24,000 nucleotides of DNA from the NCBI RefSeq assembly GCF_018531425.1, contig NZ_JAHBOI010000006.1, forward strand, positions 149,911-173,910. Reading direction: 5' to 3'. The notes beneath the pieces were generated by a model. The model made no database searches and had not been told where the DNA came from. It saw only the letters and a program-made list of their open reading frames with translations. Both the position numbers and the translations under genes were made by a program. The first letter of the stretch is position 1. The number at the start of each line of letters is the position of its first letter. The stretch is from Paenarthrobacter sp. DKR-5. GTDB lineage: Bacteria > Actinomycetota > Actinomycetes > Actinomycetales > Micrococcaceae. This document shows positions 20,889-24,000 of the stretch, in pieces.

Positions 20889-22637
20889 TCAGCCGGCCGA
20901 AGCGCCGTACCGCTGGCTGCGATTGCGGCCGGTGCGCTTGGCGGCATACAACGCCTCGTCCGCGCAGGCGACCAGCCCGTCGTTCCCTGAGTCGCCCAGT
21001 TCGCATACTCCTGCCGAGACGGTCAGCCAGCCCACGTCGCCGAACGCGGCGGTGGCCACCGCGGCCCGGGCGCGCTCGGCGGCTTGGAGCGCATGCCCGC
21101 CGGTGGTTCCCGGCAACAGCCAGACGAACTCCTCGCCGCCCAGACGTGCCATCATTTCGCCCTCGCGTGCGACCCGCTTCAGGCGCGCCGCCACTTCTAC
21201 GAGGACCGTGTCGCCCACCGGATGCCCGAAGCCGTCGTTGACGCGTTTGAAGTGGTCGATATCCAGCACGACCGCGCTGAGCGCCCCGCCCACTGCCGCT
21301 GCCCGGGCCGTTTCGCTGGCCAGGCGTTCCTCAAAGGCCCTGCGGTTGGGCAGACCGGTCAGCCCGTCGGTGCTGGCCTGCAGCTCCAGAGTCGACCACG
21401 CTTCGGAGTTTCCGATCGCGATTTCCACCAGCTCGGCGAATTCGGCCAGCCTCTCCAGCATGGCGGGCGTAACCCCCGCGGCCGACGTCGAGGCCAGCGA
21501 GATGGCGCCCCACAGTTCCCCGTGCACGCGGATCGGCGCGGCGGCACCGGCGTGGAACCCGACCGCCAGCAACTGCTCACTGGCGAGGCCGCCGGAGGGG
21601 GCGTAATTCACCAGTGCGGGCTTGCCCGTCAGAGCGACCTGGCCAGCGGCCGACATGTCTGCGGGACCGAAGGTTTGAAGTCGGCTCAGGGCGCCCGGCA
21701 GCGCCGGTGCCATGGCCACTATCTCAGCGGTGCCCGTACCGCTGAAGCGCACGACTGCGGCCACATCCACCAGGAAAAGGTCCTGCAGCACGGATGCGAC
21801 GCGTTCGGCAATGTCGGCGGGTGCCGCGCTGCGCGCCACCGCCGTGGCAATGTCGTGCAGCGCGGCCCAGGTCTGCTCCCGCTGCAGCCGGTCGGTGACG
21901 TCGACGGCAACAACGATCCCTGCCGTGATGGCGTCCCCGGACCGGACCGGGGCGGCCGTCAGCGTGAAGGTGCGGTGACCAATGGTTCGCTTCCACGTTC
22001 TCTCGTGGCCGCCCAGAGCCGCCCGGTAGCGCGGCTCAAGCTCTTCGGCGAGCCCGGGGTCGAGGGCCTCGTGGATGGTGCGTCCTTCAAGCTCGACCTG
22101 GCGGTGGCCGAACGTGGCCAGTTCCTGGCCTTCGGCGATGATGTACCGAAGGTCGGCGTCGAACAGCAGGACAAAGACGCCGGGCACGCTGCGGGCAAGG
22201 GCGCGGTATCTGTCAGCGCTCTCCCGTTCCCGGCGTTCGGCCAACGCGCGCCGGGTGATATCGGTGACCAGGACGAAGAAGCCGGGGACTCGCGCGGCGC
22301 TCCCGTCCGGCACGTAGGACACCTGGAATTCGCGGGTCTCGCCGCCCGCGTTCGTCATGGTGCGCCTGAACAGCTGCGGCTTGCCCGCCAGCACGGCCCG
22401 GACGGAGGGGAGAGTCTGGGCGTACGGCTCCTCGCCCAGCAGGTCGCTCAAGTGAATGCCCTGAAGCTGCTCAGGTCCCAGACCGAACCAGTCGGTGTAG
22501 GCGGCATTCGCCAGGCGGTTGCGCAGGTGTCGGTCCCAGTAGCCAACCATTGCGGGAATGTGGTCGAGCGCCGCCCGCTCCAGACCGGACAATGGATGCG
22601 CCCGGCTGTCTGCGCGATCGGGTGTGCGGCTGTCCAT
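20889..22637 (-). CDS. PAS-PAS-GAF-GGDEF diguanylate cyclase
   Basis: DGLTGLPNRRAF, LDIDHFKRVNDGFGHPVGD, RLGGEEF and ADEALYAAKRTGRN define an active-looking GGDEF domain. Two PAS-like segments and a GAF-like segment lie N-terminal to it. The SD is weak. Confidence 0.88.
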   Translation of the reverse strand: MDSRTPDRADSRAHPLSGLERAALDHIPAMVGYWDRHLRNRLANAAYTDWFGLGPEQLQGIHLSDLLGEEPYAQTLPSVRAVLAGKPQLFRRTMTNAGGETREFQVSYVPDGSAARVPGFFVLVTDITRRALAERRERESADRYRALARSVPGVFVLLFDADLRYIIAEGQELATFGHRQVELEGRTIHEALDPGLAEELEPRYRAALGGHERTWKRTIGHRTFTLTAAPVRSGDAITAGIVVAVDVTDRLQREQTWAALHDIATAVARSAAPADIAERVASVLQDLFLVDVAAVVRFSGTGTAEIVAMAPALPGALSRLQTFGPADMSAAGQVALTGKPALVNYAPSGGLASEQLLAVGFHAGAAAPIRVHGELWGAISLASTSAAGVTPAMLERLAEFAELVEIAIGNSEAWSTLELQASTDGLTGLPNRRAFEERLASETARAAAVGGALSAVVLDIDHFKRVNDGFGHPVGDTVLVEVAARLKRVAREGEMMARLGGEEFVWLLPGTTGGHALQAAERARAAVATAAFGDVGWLTVSAGVCELGDSGNDGLVACADEALYAAKRTGRNRSQRYGASAG

Positions 22638-22765
22638 CTACACAGTATCCAATGGCTCCGGTGCCGCACCGAATTGCCGCCCTGAAGTGGGCTAAGCGGC
22701 CTTCCGCGTGCCCGCCGTGCCCGCTAACGTTTCCAGCAGCATCCCGGCCAGTGGAGGAGTCACGC

Positions 22766-23575
22766 ATGAGCTCGCAGCAGCCATCGCCTGTCCCGGATAC
22801 GCCGCCCGACGACGTCGTGGCGACGCTCCTCGCCGCCGGCTGCGTGTTCGCCGAGGAGGAGGCCCGGCTGCTGCGTTCCGCGGCAGGATCAGCGGGGGAG
22901 CTTGAAAACATGGTGCGCCAGCGGGTTGGCGGGCTGCCGCTCGAACAGATCGTCGGCTGGGTCGGGTTCTGCGGGCTGCGGGTCGCCGTCGAGCCCGGCG
23001 TCTTCGTGCCGCGGCAGCGGACGCGGCTGCTGGTGCGCCAAGCTGCATTGCTGGGCCGCCCGGGAACCGTGGTCGTGGACCTTTGCTGCGGGAGCGGAGC
23101 CGTCGGGGCCGCCGTGGCAGCTGCCGTGCCGGGGATCGACCTTTTCGCTGCCGATATCGGGGCGGACGCCGTCCGGTGTGCACGCCGCAACCTTGAGGGC
23201 ATCGGCGCAGTCTGCCAGGGGGATCTGTTCGAGGCCCTGCCGGGACGCCTGCGCGGGCGCGTCGACGTGCTCGTCGCCAACGCTCCCTATGTGCCTACGG
23301 CCGAGATCGCGCTGATGCCGCCGGAGGCCCGCCTTCATGAGCCGCTCGCAGCGCTCGACGGCGGCTCCGACGGCTTGGCGGTCCAGCGACGGGTTGTTGC
23401 CGAGGCACCGGAGTGGCTTTCCCCGGGCGGAGCGCTGCTGGTCGAGACCAGCCGGCGGCAGGCGCCGGAAACCGCCGCAGCCTTCGTCCGTGCGGGGCTC
23501 TCGGCCCGCACAATCTCTTCCCGGACGCGCGGTGGGACCGTCGTCGTCGGCACTGCGGCTGCCGGTTCCGCGTAG
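22766..23575 (+). CDS. PrmC/HemK-related putative protein N5-glutamine methyltransferase
   Basis: GGAGGAG SD. SAM motif VVDLCCGSGAVG. Substrate motif VANAPYVP (an NPPY variant). PLEQIVGWVGFCGLRVAVEPGVFVPRQRT. ATG 22766 was chosen over the track's 22550. Confidence 0.85.
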   Translation: MSSQQPSPVPDTPPDDVVATLLAAGCVFAEEEARLLRSAAGSAGELENMVRQRVGGLPLEQIVGWVGFCGLRVAVEPGVFVPRQRTRLLVRQAALLGRPGTVVVDLCCGSGAVGAAVAAAVPGIDLFAADIGADAVRCARRNLEGIGAVCQGDLFEALPGRLRGRVDVLVANAPYVPTAEIALMPPEARLHEPLAALDGGSDGLAVQRRVVAEAPEWLSPGGALLVETSRRQAPETAAAFVRAGLSARTISSRTRGGTVVVGTAAAGSA

Positions 23576-23656
23576 GCCCCGCCCGCGTTCAAGGAAGCGC
23601 TGTGGTGAGCGGAGGTGCGTCAGTGTGGGAGCGCGCACGCATCAGTGGGACGTGAG

Positions 23657-23729
23657 TGCCCCGGACAGGAATCGAACCTGCGACCAAGAGATTAGAAGGC
23701 TCCTGCTCTATCCGCTGAGCTACCGAGGC
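23657..23729 (-). tRNA. tRNA-Arg (anticodon TCT)
   Basis: The reverse complement folds as GCCTCGG TA GCTC AGCGGATA GAGC A GGAGC CTTCTAA TCTCT TGGTC GCAGG TTCGATT CCTGT CCGGGGC A. This is a 73-nt cloverleaf with a T-loop TTCGATT. CCA is not encoded. There is one C:U mismatch at 31:39. Confidence 0.9.
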
Positions 23730-23837
23730 TAAGCCCGGAAAAGCTGCTTCTTCCGGGCCGCTTCTTACGATATCAAGTCGCACCGCGCGGAACGGCCGCG
23801 GCCCGCTGCGACGCCGCGCGCCCGGCCGTTCGGCCTA

Positions 23838-23866
23838 TCGACCGGGCGTGAGGCAGGGACTATGCT
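23838..23866 (+). promoter_or_regulatory. Candidate promoter for the gene starting at 23909
   Basis: TCGACC, a 17-nt spacer, then TATGCT, about 43 nt upstream of the ATG. Confidence 0.3.
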
Positions 23867-23908
23867 GGCGCGCACCATGTAGCCGGAACGAGGATAAGGG
23901 AGTTCCCG

Positions 23909-24000
23909 ATGGACCTGAATGAAGTGCGCGAGGGCATGGATGTTTTCGACGCAGCGGGCAAGAAGGTCGGCAAGGTCAGGACGGTGCGCGCCGGGGACCC
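23909..24000 (+). CDS. Hypothetical protein, N-terminus only (DUF2171-like); continues beyond the window
   Basis: AAGGGAG SD 7 nt upstream. MDLNEVREGMDVFDAAGKKVGKVRTVRAGD resembles the EGMxVxxxxGxxvGxV opening of DUF2171 proteins. Confidence 0.55.
   Translation, partial: MDLNEVREGMDVFDAAGKKVGKVRTVRAGD

Noticed and set aside
19631-23729. A possible genomic island integrated at the 3' end of tRNA-Arg.
   Set aside because: No integrase, excisionase or transposase, and no duplicate of the tRNA 3' segment, was visible in the window. The adjacent genes (methyltransferase, GGDEF, EamA) have the same composition as the rest.
1-24000. A search for CRISPR arrays, IS elements or MITEs, toxin-antitoxin pairs, restriction-modification systems or known defence-system genes.
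   Set aside because: None found by eye. The only repeats are the short ones reported, and the only methyltransferase is a PrmC-type protein methyltransferase rather than a DNA methyltransferase.

Overview
High-GC actinobacterial chromosomal window; the gene content looks Micrococcaceae/Arthrobacter-like, but that assignment is inference. I support 27 protein-coding genes (two of them cut by the window edges), one gene fragment and one tRNA. The long antisense ORFs in the track are typical high-GC artefacts.

Layout, left to right:
- 3' end of a CDF transporter gene, then an AT-richer spacer.
- A flagellar-type regulatory pair (FliA-like sigma factor plus CsrA), abutting a TetR-family remnant that lacks its 5' part.
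- An alpha/beta hydrolase, a DevS/DosS-like GAF-GAF histidine kinase, a VOC protein, an aldo/keto reductase and an epimerase.
- A universal stress protein preceded by a small ORF, then a repeat-rich, roughly 370-bp divergent control region.
- A receiver-only response regulator.
- A 9.2-kb, nine-gene, translationally coupled minus-strand operon: SDR, two small membrane proteins, gluconate-2-DH subunit-3-like protein, GMC flavoprotein, PoxB-like TPP enzyme, enolase-superfamily enzyme, tail-anchored hypothetical, GH15 hydrolase.
- DUF4396, YoaK/DUF1275 and EamA membrane proteins, a PAS-PAS-GAF-GGDEF cyclase, a PrmC-related methyltransferase, tRNA-Arg(TCT), and the start of a small gene.

I saw no CRISPR array, transposase, integrase, or recognisable defence or toxin genes.

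The observations most worth a second look are:
- the nine-gene operon, whose gene combination I cannot map to a characterised pathway;
- the orphan fliA-csrA pair and the apparent deletion scar next to it;
- the helically phased GTAG-CCSCC repeat array at 8165-8256.

All functional calls rest on my recognition of motifs in the translations. No database search was run.
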